Origin: Endomicrobiales bacterium
GTDB taxonomy: Bacteria; Elusimicrobiota; Endomicrobiia; Endomicrobiales; CAWCFT01
Reading direction: 5' to 3'
NCBI GenBank assembly: GCA_963794945.1
Contig: CAWCFT010000015.1
Location: 32,001-96,000, forward strand
DNA length: 64,000 nt
Positions 10,858-21,013 of the stretch are shown one piece after another. Under the pieces are notes generated by a model, which saw only the letters and a program-made list of their open reading frames with translations, made no database searches and was not told the origin of the DNA. Position numbers and translations under genes: made by a program. Every line of letters begins with the position of its first letter. Position 1 is the stretch's first letter.

Positions 10858-12999
10858 TTAGTTATAGTTGTAGTAGTAATCGTATATATATCTGGGCATG
10901 TAATACTGCACATTTGTTAAAACGAAACCCATTACTCTTGTGTCAATATGCTGCAATTTCTCTAATGCTAGTGTTACATCTTTCTTTTTTGCGCGGCCTG
11001 CCTGTATCACCATTATCACCGCATCTGCAAGCCTGCTCATGATGGAAGCATCCGGCAGATTGGTAATGGGAGGGGAATCGATAATAATATAATCATATAT
11101 TTCCTTTAATTTTTTCATAAGAACATCCATTTCCGGAGAATCCAGCAGTTCGGATGGCCTTTCGTTCCTGCCACCGGCAGGTAGTACAGAAAGATTACTA
11201 ATTTTAGTGTTCCTTATAGCCAAATCCGCACCTATTTCACCGGACAAAACGCTAATTAGCCCTTTTGAGACCGGCAGAGAAAATAAATTACCTATCGTCC
11301 CCTTTCTGAGATCGCAGTCTAATAGGAGAGTTCTTCTGCCGCTATCGGCTATTGCAGTAGCGAGGTTAGAAGAGGTCGTACTTTTTCCTTCGCCTCTTAG
11401 AGTACTGGTCAACATGAGCGTTTTAGGGGGCATTTGCTCATCCGTACCGTGAAATATATGTGTCCGCAGTATTCGGAATTCATCCGAGATCACACAATTC
11501 GGCTCATGGAATACAACTAATTGTGCAGAAATAGTCTTATCACGTATTTTCTTTGCTATATGCGGCGATACAAAACTCAGCCCAGACAGCATTTTATTAG
11601 TATTTACAAGTTTTTTGATCCATTCTTTGAACTTCAAGAACATATTGATTTTATTTCTATCCTGCTCCATTACCATTTTTGAGACCGAGCTAAGCAATGG
11701 AATACCTAAAATATCCTGAACCTGTTCTTTTGTTTGGAAAGCATCACTAATATTTTCAACCGCGAACACCAGCCCAAAACCGGTAAGCGACCCTAGCACT
11801 AAACCCATAAACGCGATCATCGCAATTTTGGGTTTTATAGGTTGCAGCGGCAGGCGAGCATATTCTATCACGGCGAACTTGTCCCCCTTGTCGGTATCTT
11901 CAAGTCTTTCCGAAACGTAAGCAGATTCAAGCTGCCTTAGCAGCATTTTGTAAATGTCTTCATCCACCATTCTGTTCCTTTCGAGATTAGCCAGCTCCTC
12001 TTCGCTGATATTTTCTGGTACTTTTTTTCCCTGACTTTCCATATCCTGCAAATGGTTTTTTAGATATTCAATCTCCATCTCAACCTTTGCCAACTCCTGT
12101 TTAGACTCCAAATATGTCGGGTTCAACACGTATGCATTTGGTTTAGTGTTTGAACTCTCAACCTCTGTATTAATTTTGTCTTTAATACTTTGAATCTCAT
12201 TTTGTATATCCAGAACCCTAGGGTTGTTTTCTTTAGCGTCGTAACTAACTCTCGCTAGTTCAGCTTCAAGTGTTCCAAGGCGGGACTTCAGCTGGAAAAG
12301 CACTGTGTTTTGCTCGTTCGCCGCTTGAGAAGGAATTATCTTTTGAGTATTCTGTATTCTTTCCATAATAAGCAGCTTCTTATTTCTTGCCGCCCTAAGA
12401 TCGGCGTCCATCTTGTTCAACATTACATTTACCTGCGAATTATCAAGCTTACTCCTGTATATAGCTAGCTGCTGCTGAATGAAATCGATAGCGCTCCTTG
12501 AATCTTGTTTCTGCAAACTGGAATTGGTATCGATAAGCTCCTGCGTGAGGGCGTTCACCACCTTTTGAGCTTTAACAGGATCGTTATCCTGAAATGCTAT
12601 CTCAACAATATCCCTATACTTTAATCCGATCCTTATTTTATTTTTAAATGATTTAATAAATCTTTCTCGTTCGGGAGCCAACTGTATTTTATCGGCTAGA
12701 TGCAGATGTGTAACAAGCTCTTCAAGCTTTGGCCATGCCGTTATCTGTTTTTCAAGTGTACCGATAAACGCATTATCTCTGTCCGGGTTGGGTTGTGACT
12801 CTTTTACAACAGGTTCGATTATGTTCTTAGATTTTATCTCTACGAGTGAACTTGTTTCATACGTCTTGGGGAGAATGGATCCTATTAAGAGCGCAGTTAT
12901 AAATATTACAAATGCAGGAACGATAAAAAGTTTTAGCCTTCTTATCACAACACCCGCGATTTCTTCAAAATTTGGTTGTGCTGTCATTTCTCTATCCAT
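10858..12999 (-). CDS. wzc: Wzc-like chain-length regulator/tyrosine autokinase
   Basis: Two TMs flanking a coiled-coil, Walker A GEGKST, DCDLR, DSPP, C-terminal Tyr cluster YYMPRYIYDYYYNYN. Confidence 0.9.
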   Translation of the reverse strand: MDREMTAQPNFEEIAGVVIRRLKLFIVPAFVIFITALLIGSILPKTYETSSLVEIKSKNIIEPVVKESQPNPDRDNAFIGTLEKQITAWPKLEELVTHLHLADKIQLAPERERFIKSFKNKIRIGLKYRDIVEIAFQDNDPVKAQKVVNALTQELIDTNSSLQKQDSRSAIDFIQQQLAIYRSKLDNSQVNVMLNKMDADLRAARNKKLLIMERIQNTQKIIPSQAANEQNTVLFQLKSRLGTLEAELARVSYDAKENNPRVLDIQNEIQSIKDKINTEVESSNTKPNAYVLNPTYLESKQELAKVEMEIEYLKNHLQDMESQGKKVPENISEEELANLERNRMVDEDIYKMLLRQLESAYVSERLEDTDKGDKFAVIEYARLPLQPIKPKIAMIAFMGLVLGSLTGFGLVFAVENISDAFQTKEQVQDILGIPLLSSVSKMVMEQDRNKINMFLKFKEWIKKLVNTNKMLSGLSFVSPHIAKKIRDKTISAQLVVFHEPNCVISDEFRILRTHIFHGTDEQMPPKTLMLTSTLRGEGKSTTSSNLATAIADSGRRTLLLDCDLRKGTIGNLFSLPVSKGLISVLSGEIGADLAIRNTKISNLSVLPAGGRNERPSELLDSPEMDVLMKKLKEIYDYIIIDSPPITNLPDASIMSRLADAVIMVIQAGRAKKKDVTLALEKLQHIDTRVMGFVLTNVQYYMPRYIYDYYYNYN

Positions 13000-13021
13000 T
13001 TTATCCCTCTGCTGTAATGGT

Positions 13022-13738
13022 CTATTGCGCCTGTACAGTTGTCGGTAGTGCGGCCTGCCGCGCCATTGGAACAGCCTGTAAAGGACTGATCAAATCGCTA
13101 ATAAATGTAATTAAATATCCCCATAATGTTTTAGGCACATATACAATATCTCCGGGCTTTACTGTTATATTGTATTTCGTTTCACCGCGGTAAAGTATCC
13201 TATAAAGATTAACCACATGCTGGACCGGCCTGCTATTAGAAGAAGAGATTACGTACACCCTTTTCGTTGCGGCAAAACGTGAGGGCAGTGCCGCTAATAC
13301 TATCGCGTCCCGAACTGTTATATTTTTACCTCCGGTTGAATACTTTCCTGGGAGGTTCACTTCGCCAAGCACATAGATTACTTCGCTTGAATAGCGAGTA
13401 ATATCTATTGTTACCTGCGGGTTATTTATGAACTGCCCAAACAGTTCTTTACAGGCTGATTCCGCTGACCTTTTCGTAAGGTGCGCTAATTTTAGCTCGC
13501 CTATGCTTGGTATCAGTATGTTGCCACTGGGCCTTATTGTATATTCACCGTTCCATTCCGGATGCCTTTCGACAGATATTTTAATTGCATCGTCAGGACC
13601 TAAAATATAATCTTCGGCCGAATTATCATCAATTGTATTTTGAAAAGCGCTTTTTTTCATTGTTGCGCATGACGAAATGAACAATAAGAATAAGCCCACC
13701 GAGAGCACAAATAGTCTATGAACATTTCCGACATTCAT
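13022..13738 (-). CDS. wza: Wza-like polysaccharide export lipoprotein (Poly_export + SLBB)
   Basis: Lipobox ISSC, YILGPDD, IRPSGNI, VLGEVNLPG, KPGDIVYVP; likely start MNVGNV (ORF track start 13801). Confidence 0.85.
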   Translation of the reverse strand: MNVGNVHRLFVLSVGLFLLFISSCATMKKSAFQNTIDDNSAEDYILGPDDAIKISVERHPEWNGEYTIRPSGNILIPSIGELKLAHLTKRSAESACKELFGQFINNPQVTIDITRYSSEVIYVLGEVNLPGKYSTGGKNITVRDAIVLAALPSRFAATKRVYVISSSNSRPVQHVVNLYRILYRGETKYNITVKPGDIVYVPKTLWGYLITFISDLISPLQAVPMARQAALPTTVQAQ

Positions 13739-13848
13739 GTCTTCCTCATTTAAACAGTTCTTTTTGGCATATTTCCCGACAGCCAAAGCGAGTAAATACA
13801 TTTTTCACCATATCTTGCATCGAACACATGCTGCGTATATTAGCCATA

Positions 13849-15223
13849 TTAAGTTCTTACAAGAGTTTTCGAATAACCTGAATTAGTATTTATTTTGATA
13901 ACATTTTTGAACAATTGCTTGTATGTACTGTGAATATTTAATAAGCCCGACAATTTGGTACTGCCATCAGGACTTGCTAAAATCATGATTGGAAATGAAT
14001 TTAACCATTCATACCAATCTTCACGCAAGATATTTTCTGCGGACTGTTGCTCGTAACCGTAACGATCCTCACCCTGAACTTGCTTTACGTATAATCTGTT
14101 CAAAGGTTCGTTTGAAACCTCTAATAATATTTTCTGCGAATCTGTAATTTTATTTTCATTTAAATAATGTTGTGCTATCAAAATAGGAGCTAAAATGGCC
14201 TCCAATGTATCTGGATATTCTCTTTGTATTATTCTGTACTCTTTTGATGCGTCATCCCAACTTCCGATATCTTCGAACCCCATGCCCATAGATAATATCG
14301 CGTGTGCGCAAACTGAATTATCATATTTGTATTGCTTTAATATCGAAGCGTACTCAGATTCAGCGCGCTTTAACTCCCCTCTAAGCATGAATAAGTACGC
14401 CATGTCGATCTTGAGATTTTTTATCAATGCGTCGCCTTGGTAACCATCTAATATTATTTGAAATTCAGCCAATGATTTATCGTAATTTTTGAGCACATCT
14501 CTATTTATCAATGCCGCTCTGTATAAAGCTAAAGCGGCGTTTTCGCTATTGTGATATTTCCTTGCCATGAATTCCAATGCTTCGACAGCTTTTTTCCAGT
14601 TTCCTCTGTTTGCATATGCAGTGATAATTAAATACTGTAGAATCGGTACTTGCTTACCATGCGGGTCTTTATTTATAAGCGTATCGTATTCTTTTATAGC
14701 AGATTCGTATGCCACTTCGCTTTCTATAAGCATATCGTGATCGCTATAATGGCGTGCTATATACAAAGGCATCGCAAGCGCCGTTACAGTGTTAGGGTGT
14801 TTCCCCATGATGTCCTTATATTCCGCTGCCTGCTCCGCTCCAGTCACCGGTATTCTCTAGAATCAAACCGGATTTAAACATGGCCATAGAGCAAAGATTT
14901 TCATGATCCGGATAATTTGAGCATACTTTCTTGTATTCCATATCGGCGTTTCTTAAATCACCTCTCGATTCGAATAACTCGCCTATTTTGTATTGTATAT
15001 CCGCTGCCTTTTCCCACGAAGGATATTTAGTCAGTATTTTTTCGAATGCGCCGATCATTTTTGAGAATTCATTTTGAGACACACTGTCCGGAGATTCAAT
15101 GACGGAAGCATATTCCCTGCTTGTTTTCCAGTACATTTTTTCGGCGCTATAGCTACCTCTGCAAGAAGTAAGCCCTAGCCCAATTAATACGCAAGCAATA
15201 TACGCCCGGACTGTTGTTATCAT
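13849..15223 (-). CDS. TPR-repeat lipoprotein (apparent frameshift near 14835)
   Basis: MITTVRAYIACVLIGLGLTSC lipobox; repeated A...Y..I...YP TPR units across both ORFs. Confidence 0.7.
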
Positions 15224-16056
15224 ACGGCCATACCTCTGTTTTCGGACTCCTTGTACATTAACAGCACTAAAGCCGCCGATGAAGTAACAATAAAATCCAT
15301 AGCTGTCGTAAACATTATCCTTGCTGCAAGCACCCAAAGCACGGCCTCGGGAAATAATGCCTCTATAAGATATGCCATTTTAAAATGAATGTAATTTACG
15401 GGGATTAAGAGCACGCTTGGTATAAGTATAACGGCGAACGATATCATCGGATATTCCTTAACCACCATAAATGATCTCGCGATAGAATTAATTGGCTTTT
15501 TGTTCTCCATTATGATTGAAGGTATTGAGTAAACAAACAGTGTTTGCGTAAATATATTTATTATGAATTGCACATAAAATAGAAATGTCGGAGTATGCGC
15601 TATAATGTCAAAACTGCTGACAACTTTCATAACCAGGCCACTAAAAGCGATTATTAAAATCCACACAAACAGCATCCGTGAATATTTTTTTAGAGCTTTT
15701 GAAATACCGAACCTCCAGCTAACCTTCATTTTTCTTGAAACTTGAAATATCATCGCTAAAGTAATGCCGCTAAAAAGCAGCCCTGTAATAAAAGAACACA
15801 CATTTTTAGCGTAATTGTACATTTCTGGCAATAAAATGAAGTTAACCGGATAGTGCAGGTATTCTTCTCCCCAGAGTAATCTTATTACCGGTGCCGCTAA
15901 TATCGAAATGGGTGGCCTGGGAGCATAAAATAATATAGCCAAAAGCGTCAGATCAAAGATTCCCATCAGAATAAATGGTGCCGCTATGACCGGATACATG
16001 CTTAGTGACTGTATAAGTTCGTTAAACAACTTTAATATATTTATATTACTTTTCAT
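15220..16056 (-). CDS. Hypothetical multi-pass membrane protein in the EPS operon
   Basis: About 6 hydrophobic segments; overlaps the TPR gene start by 4 nt. Confidence 0.7.
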   Translation of the reverse strand: MKSNINILKLFNELIQSLSMYPVIAAPFILMGIFDLTLLAILFYAPRPPISILAAPVIRLLWGEEYLHYPVNFILLPEMYNYAKNVCSFITGLLFSGITLAMIFQVSRKMKVSWRFGISKALKKYSRMLFVWILIIAFSGLVMKVVSSFDIIAHTPTFLFYVQFIINIFTQTLFVYSIPSIIMENKKPINSIARSFMVVKEYPMISFAVILIPSVLLIPVNYIHFKMAYLIEALFPEAVLWVLAARIMFTTAMDFIVTSSAALVLLMYKESENRGMAV

Positions 16057-16089
16057 TCAAACATTTACCCCTACTTCGAAGCATCATAA

Positions 16090-18048
16090 TTAAATAACAG
16101 AAAGGAATTTTTCAACCATGTATGGGTTGAACTGTGTCCCAGAGCTTTCATTTAGTATTTTAATTGTTGCATCCTTTCCAAATGCCTTATGGTATGGACG
16201 GTCTGAGATCAGTGCTTGAAAAGTATCCACGATCGAGACTATTTGTGCGCCTACCGGTATCTCCTCGTCTTTCATGCCAAGCGGATAACCTTTTCCGTCC
16301 CAATGCTCGTGATGGTAAAGCACGAAAGGCAATACACTATACAGCGTATGAACAGGCCGAATAATATCCGCGCTTATTATTGGGTGCTCCTTCAACAAGG
16401 ACATTTCCTTATTTGTAAGTTTTTCGGTTTTTGTTAGTATTGTTTCGCTTATACTCACCTTGCCAAGATCGCGGAGAAGCACAGCTTGTTTGATAAGATT
16501 TATATCTTCCTTTGGAACAGCCATTCTTTCTGCGAGTTTTATGGCCAGATACACTATCTGCTCTAATAATTCAACAGAATAATTGTCTTTGATACTAGTC
16601 GATTTTGAGAACGCAAAAACAGCCTCCACCATACTCTGGCTCATCCTCTTGTTAAGCCTTTCGATTTTTTCCTTTATATTTGTTGCGTCACCATCTTTAA
16701 ATCCCCTATCCGTTATCCTCGAAATATCAAGCGAAGAATACACTCTATTCCCTCCATATTCTTTAGCTTTGTTCAGTAGTTGGTTTGCAAGACCAAGAAG
16801 CTCTGAGGCATTCCTAACGTTATCTTCAGGGTAGGACACAATCGAAGCACTGAAGGTCACCCTGATGCGATTCTTGCTGTTGCCAAAAAGACCGTTGCTT
16901 ACCTCATCTATCAATCTTTGACCAAAAAGTATCGCTGATATTCTATCGGTATCAAGGCAAACAATAGCGAACTCTTCACCGCCGAACCGTACGGCTGTAT
17001 CTTGCTCTCTAGCGGCCAGCTTGATTTTTTTTGCGAACTGAGTCAATATAAGATCTCCAAACTGATGCCCGTAAACGTCGTTTATGCTTTTAAAATTATC
17101 AATATCCATCATTACTATAGAGAGTGATTTTCCAGTCCGTTTAGCCCTGAAATATTCAGTCTCGATTGTTTCCATCAAGTAGCGATGGTTGAAAAGTCCT
17201 GTGTGAGTATCGGTAAAAGCAAGTTTTGTCAGCCTATCATTTGAATCTAAAAGCTTTTGATTAAGCAACTCCAGTTCCTTCTCGTGATTCCTGGTTTCGG
17301 TTACGTCCCTGATAACTACCGCGATTTTTACAGCTTTCCCATTTTCATAAATAGGTATTTTTCTGGTCTCGCAGTAGGTTTCCTGGCTATTAACAATAAT
17401 GATCTCCTCCGTTATCATCGTTTTGCCGGTTTCAAAAACCCAATTATATTCATGCATCGTACTATCGCTAGCCGAGGTGTCATTGCTAACATTTGCATTT
17501 ATTTCTGACCCAATTACCTCAGACTTGTTTATTTCATATTTTTTCCTGTTGTCTAATATAACCCGGAAATCCCTGTCAATGAGAAATATGGTGTCTGCAG
17601 TTCCAGAAACACTGAAACCCTGCGCTGTCCTCTCGTTTTGCATTTTTTCGCCTATTTCATTTGCCGTGCATAATAATATGGACTGATTGTTATCTTTAAT
17701 CGGTATTAGGGTCAACATTGTTCCTACTTTGTTGCCTGTTTTAGACAAAAAGTCGCATTCAAAAGACTTTTTACTATTGATTATTGAATGATTTATACAA
17801 AGATACTGTATTTCATCTACAGCTTCAGTGGGGAATATTAGGCCGGATTTTAATGAAATATTACTCATTTCACCTCTTAAATATCCGAGAGCATTTTCGC
17901 ACTTCTTATTTGCATATAGCACTTTCTCTGAATTTGTAACTAATACTATTTCATCGGATTCATCCGCCATGGTTTTTAACATGTCCATGTTAAAATATGC
18001 TCCAGGCACTATATTCATTAATGTGTTTTTCACAATAAATGACCTCAC
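16090..18048 (-). CDS. PAS-PAS-GGDEF-HD-GYP(degenerate) protein
   Basis: MMDIDNFK..ND..GH, REQD I-site, RFGGEEF; HHEHWDGKGYP present but HD replaced by RD (LLRDLGK). Confidence 0.9.
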   Translation of the reverse strand: MRSFIVKNTLMNIVPGAYFNMDMLKTMADESDEIVLVTNSEKVLYANKKCENALGYLRGEMSNISLKSGLIFPTEAVDEIQYLCINHSIINSKKSFECDFLSKTGNKVGTMLTLIPIKDNNQSILLCTANEIGEKMQNERTAQGFSVSGTADTIFLIDRDFRVILDNRKKYEINKSEVIGSEINANVSNDTSASDSTMHEYNWVFETGKTMITEEIIIVNSQETYCETRKIPIYENGKAVKIAVVIRDVTETRNHEKELELLNQKLLDSNDRLTKLAFTDTHTGLFNHRYLMETIETEYFRAKRTGKSLSIVMMDIDNFKSINDVYGHQFGDLILTQFAKKIKLAAREQDTAVRFGGEEFAIVCLDTDRISAILFGQRLIDEVSNGLFGNSKNRIRVTFSASIVSYPEDNVRNASELLGLANQLLNKAKEYGGNRVYSSLDISRITDRGFKDGDATNIKEKIERLNKRMSQSMVEAVFAFSKSTSIKDNYSVELLEQIVYLAIKLAERMAVPKEDINLIKQAVLLRDLGKVSISETILTKTEKLTNKEMSLLKEHPIISADIIRPVHTLYSVLPFVLYHHEHWDGKGYPLGMKDEEIPVGAQIVSIVDTFQALISDRPYHKAFGKDATIKILNESSGTQFNPYMVEKFLSVI

Positions 18049-18118
18049 GTATTATTATAAGAAAATTCATCAATCGCTGCGTTTTCAGCTAAAAAGACTT
18101 TGCATTCAACATCTTAAA

Positions 18119-19141
18119 CTAATGCGCAGCGTTATCAGCCAATACGCGCCTGAAAGTATTAAGTAAAATTGCGATGTCTACAACTATACTTTGTTTTTTA
18201 ATATATAGTTTATCGTATCTAAGTTTTTTCTTTATTTCTCCTAGTGTCGCCGCGTAACTCTGTCTTACCTGGGCTAAACCTGTAATTCCGGGTTTGACTC
18301 CAAAACGGCCGTTAAAATATTTCTTGTTCTCATTTACAAATACTGGTCTCTCTGGCCGTGGCCCGATAATACTCATGTCCCCTTGCAGGACATTGTAGAA
18401 TTGAGGAATCTCATCAAGGTGCGTCTTCCTTAATATTTTTCCTATACCAGTTATCCTACTGTCATTTTTCTTTGCCCATATAGGCCCGCTTTTAGCTTCA
18501 GCGTCAATGTACATGGTCCTTAATTTGTACATATAGAAAAGTTTTCCCATATTTTCGTCCCTTCTACGCGGCAGATCCTGAAAACCAGCGTCATACTCTT
18601 TCCTTCTATTTAGCCCGACCCTTATTTGTCTGAATAATACAGGCCCCTTAGAATCGATCCTAATTAGAATAATGCATATTAGCAGAATAGGACAAAATAC
18701 AATTAGCGCAATTAATGACACAATAATATCAAATAGCCTTTTTGCGTCACGATACCTTTTTTCTCCAAAAACCACGAACGCAACGATCGAGCCAATAATC
18801 ATGTAAATATACCCCGGCAACGTTGGAAATCTTATAGGTTTGTTTCTATCTTCAGAATTTACGTTGTTATAGCTGCCGTCATTTTCCCCGACTGCATATA
18901 TCTCTGACAGGATGGCTGAGTTCAGTTCGTTGTCACACACTCCGTCAACAGACTGCTCAAAATGCCTGCGCATCTTTAAAATAACTCTTATATATGACTC
19001 CGCGCGCCTTATTCTCGTGATTGGGGAAGAATGTAAACTCACGTGGTCGGGTGCGCTGTATATCATGCATGCGTTTGATCTTAACGGCGCGAATGACACA
19101 AGTACGAATATTAGCATCACATTACTCACTATTTTTCTCAT
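18119..19141 (-). CDS. Priming polyprenyl glycosylphosphotransferase (Bac_transf) with N-terminal secreted/sorting-signal-like extension
   Basis: KRLFDI, GPVLFRQ.RVG, KLRTM, LRKTHLDEIPQ, GDMSIIGPRPERP, KPGITGLAQV. Confidence 0.9.
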   Translation of the reverse strand: MRKIVSNVMLIFVLVSFAPLRSNACMIYSAPDHVSLHSSPITRIRRAESYIRVILKMRRHFEQSVDGVCDNELNSAILSEIYAVGENDGSYNNVNSEDRNKPIRFPTLPGYIYMIIGSIVAFVVFGEKRYRDAKRLFDIIVSLIALIVFCPILLICIILIRIDSKGPVLFRQIRVGLNRRKEYDAGFQDLPRRRDENMGKLFYMYKLRTMYIDAEAKSGPIWAKKNDSRITGIGKILRKTHLDEIPQFYNVLQGDMSIIGPRPERPVFVNENKKYFNGRFGVKPGITGLAQVRQSYAATLGEIKKKLRYDKLYIKKQSIVVDIAILLNTFRRVLADNAAH

Positions 19142-19378
19142 GGCAGCAACTCTCTTATCGTCAACACCAATTACTTTTTATTCCTAACACCTGTATCTTA
19201 TCCAAATAAGTCATGCGAAACAATTACCGGATTCCTTCATATCCTGCCTTTTTTCTTTTGACACTCCTATATAGACTTGACCTTGTTTATTGGATATATT
19301 CGGAAGGAAACAATAACGATTGGATATTTGTTACAGTCGAAGACAACGAGTTAATAATTGGCGTGATTGTTGAAACAG

Positions 19379-19429
19379 AAAAAACCACCCATTTTATAGT
19401 CTTATTTAGAGACTAATAACGGGTGGCTT
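19379..19429 (-). terminator. Rho-independent terminator after thyX, ahead of the EPS operon
   Basis: Minus strand AAGCCACCC...AGTCT-loop-AGACT...GGGTGGTTTTTT. Confidence 0.65.
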
Positions 19430-19505
19430 AAAATTGATTTCAAGTATTCCGCCAAATTCGACGGAACATTTATGGAATATATTAAATATTGCTTACGCTA
19501 ATTTG

Positions 19506-20432
19506 TTATTTTGCCCAAGGGATAGGCTGCCCCATTCCTTTCAATTTTTCTTCCAGCTCGAGGCACTCAACGTTCCTCTTGTAACCTTCAGACGTTTCTG
19601 TTATAAAACCTGCATCCTTGGCCGCTTTTATGGCGTCTTTGAAATCGCCTTTAATTATTGGCGTCAGTATCTTCTGGTCTATCTTAGATAGGAAAGCGGT
19701 ATCTAGCCTGTAATCGTTGAATGCCTCCCATGCCACAGGGCACCAGCGGCTGACAATTTCTTTGTTGATCGTGTTCGCGTACGCGCGGATCTCGTACTGC
19801 GCCTTTCTCTCCATCCTCAATTCAAGGAAATGGAGCAGGTTCGACAGGTCAATCTTCCAGTAAGCCTCAGTATACGTTGAAAGCGGGAGGTCTTTCCTCG
19901 CTTGCTCCCTCGCGACACCCAGTTCCAGCCTTTTTTCATATGTCTTTCGGGCCAGCTCATGCAGGTCAAGCTCTTCTTTTGTCAGTTCTGCTCCTTTAAC
20001 ACTTTCTAGCACACCTTCGCTACCCTGGCGATTGACAAAACCCTGGGTGCGCCACTCGTTCGGCTTCGTTTTGTAGGTGGAATCTATTGCTATAGAGTAT
20101 CTGGTTGAATATTCGTTAACGTTCGCAGTACGGTGACGTATCCACTGCCTCCAGCAGTCCATAGGCACTCTTATATGCAGTTTTAGTTCGCACATCTCGA
20201 ATGGGCTCGTGTGACGGTTACGGATGAGATACCTGATAAGCCCTTTGTCGTCGCCTCTCGATTTAGTGCCCTTGCCGTATGACACCCTGGCCGCCTGAAC
20301 AATAGATTCGTCAGAACCCATGTAATCCACGACCCTTACAAAACCGTCGTCGAGCACCTTGAAAGGTTGCCCCAGCACTTTCTCAAGCTCGGGGACAGTA
20401 ACGCGCGTAAGTATCTCTGTCTTGTTATCCAC
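19506..20432 (-). CDS. thyX: FAD-dependent thymidylate synthase
   Basis: AARVSY, HTSPFE, RHRTANVNEYSTRY ThyX motif. Confidence 0.95.
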   Translation of the reverse strand: MDNKTEILTRVTVPELEKVLGQPFKVLDDGFVRVVDYMGSDESIVQAARVSYGKGTKSRGDDKGLIRYLIRNRHTSPFEMCELKLHIRVPMDCWRQWIRHRTANVNEYSTRYSIAIDSTYKTKPNEWRTQGFVNRQGSEGVLESVKGAELTKEELDLHELARKTYEKRLELGVAREQARKDLPLSTYTEAYWKIDLSNLLHFLELRMERKAQYEIRAYANTINKEIVSRWCPVAWEAFNDYRLDTAFLSKIDQKILTPIIKGDFKDAIKAAKDAGFITETSEGYKRNVECLELEEKLKGMGQPIPWAK

Positions 20433-20520
20433 ATCTGGCTCCTTTCTTAGCTGCTGTTTAAAATCTTTCCGGCTGCCTGAAATTATAGCATATTGAAACT
20501 ACGCAAAAAACTGTTCGGCA

Positions 20521-21000
20521 TTAACCGGCAATAGCTTTCAGTGCTTCCCTAGCCTTCTCGGTCAGAGATTCAACGCTCTGACCTCCGCTGCGAGCCGCGA
20601 AACAGCCTATGACCTTACCGCCTTTGCCAACGATCTTTTCGCTTATCCTGCTGATGGCCTTTGAGCCGTCACTGCCGCCCATAGTGACAAAAACGGCCAC
20701 TTTCTTTCCTGAAAATTCAGTGTTCTCTAAAAATGTATTCAGCGGAGGTGCCGGAGCGTTCGCCCAAACCGGTGAGCCAACATAAATCATGTCATAATCT
20801 TTGAGGTTCAAGTCCATAGGTTTCAAGTCCCACGTTTTGCCTTTCATAGCTGCGAACCCGCCGGCAACAAAGGCCCTGAACATTGATGGTCGCTTGAGGT
20901 CCTCGATAGGCCTGATGTCAGCCTTTAGCTCTGCCGCTATGGCCTTTGCTACCCAGGCTGTTTTCTGTGTATACGAATAATATACCACAAGTGTTTTCAT
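20521..21000 (-). CDS. Flavodoxin-like protein
   Basis: VYYSYTQKT, YVGSPVW, VFVTMGG. Confidence 0.85.
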   Translation of the reverse strand: MKTLVVYYSYTQKTAWVAKAIAAELKADIRPIEDLKRPSMFRAFVAGGFAAMKGKTWDLKPMDLNLKDYDMIYVGSPVWANAPAPPLNTFLENTEFSGKKVAVFVTMGGSDGSKAISRISEKIVGKGGKVIGCFAARSGGQSVESLTEKAREALKAIAG

Positions 21001-21013
21001 TTTGCCTCCCGCG

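Noticed and set aside
19142..19500. c-di-GMP riboswitch or small ORF (19213-19416) upstream of the EPS operon
   Set aside because: No GEMM-like core was recognised on the coding strand; only a terminator hairpin and AT-rich promoter DNA are visible.
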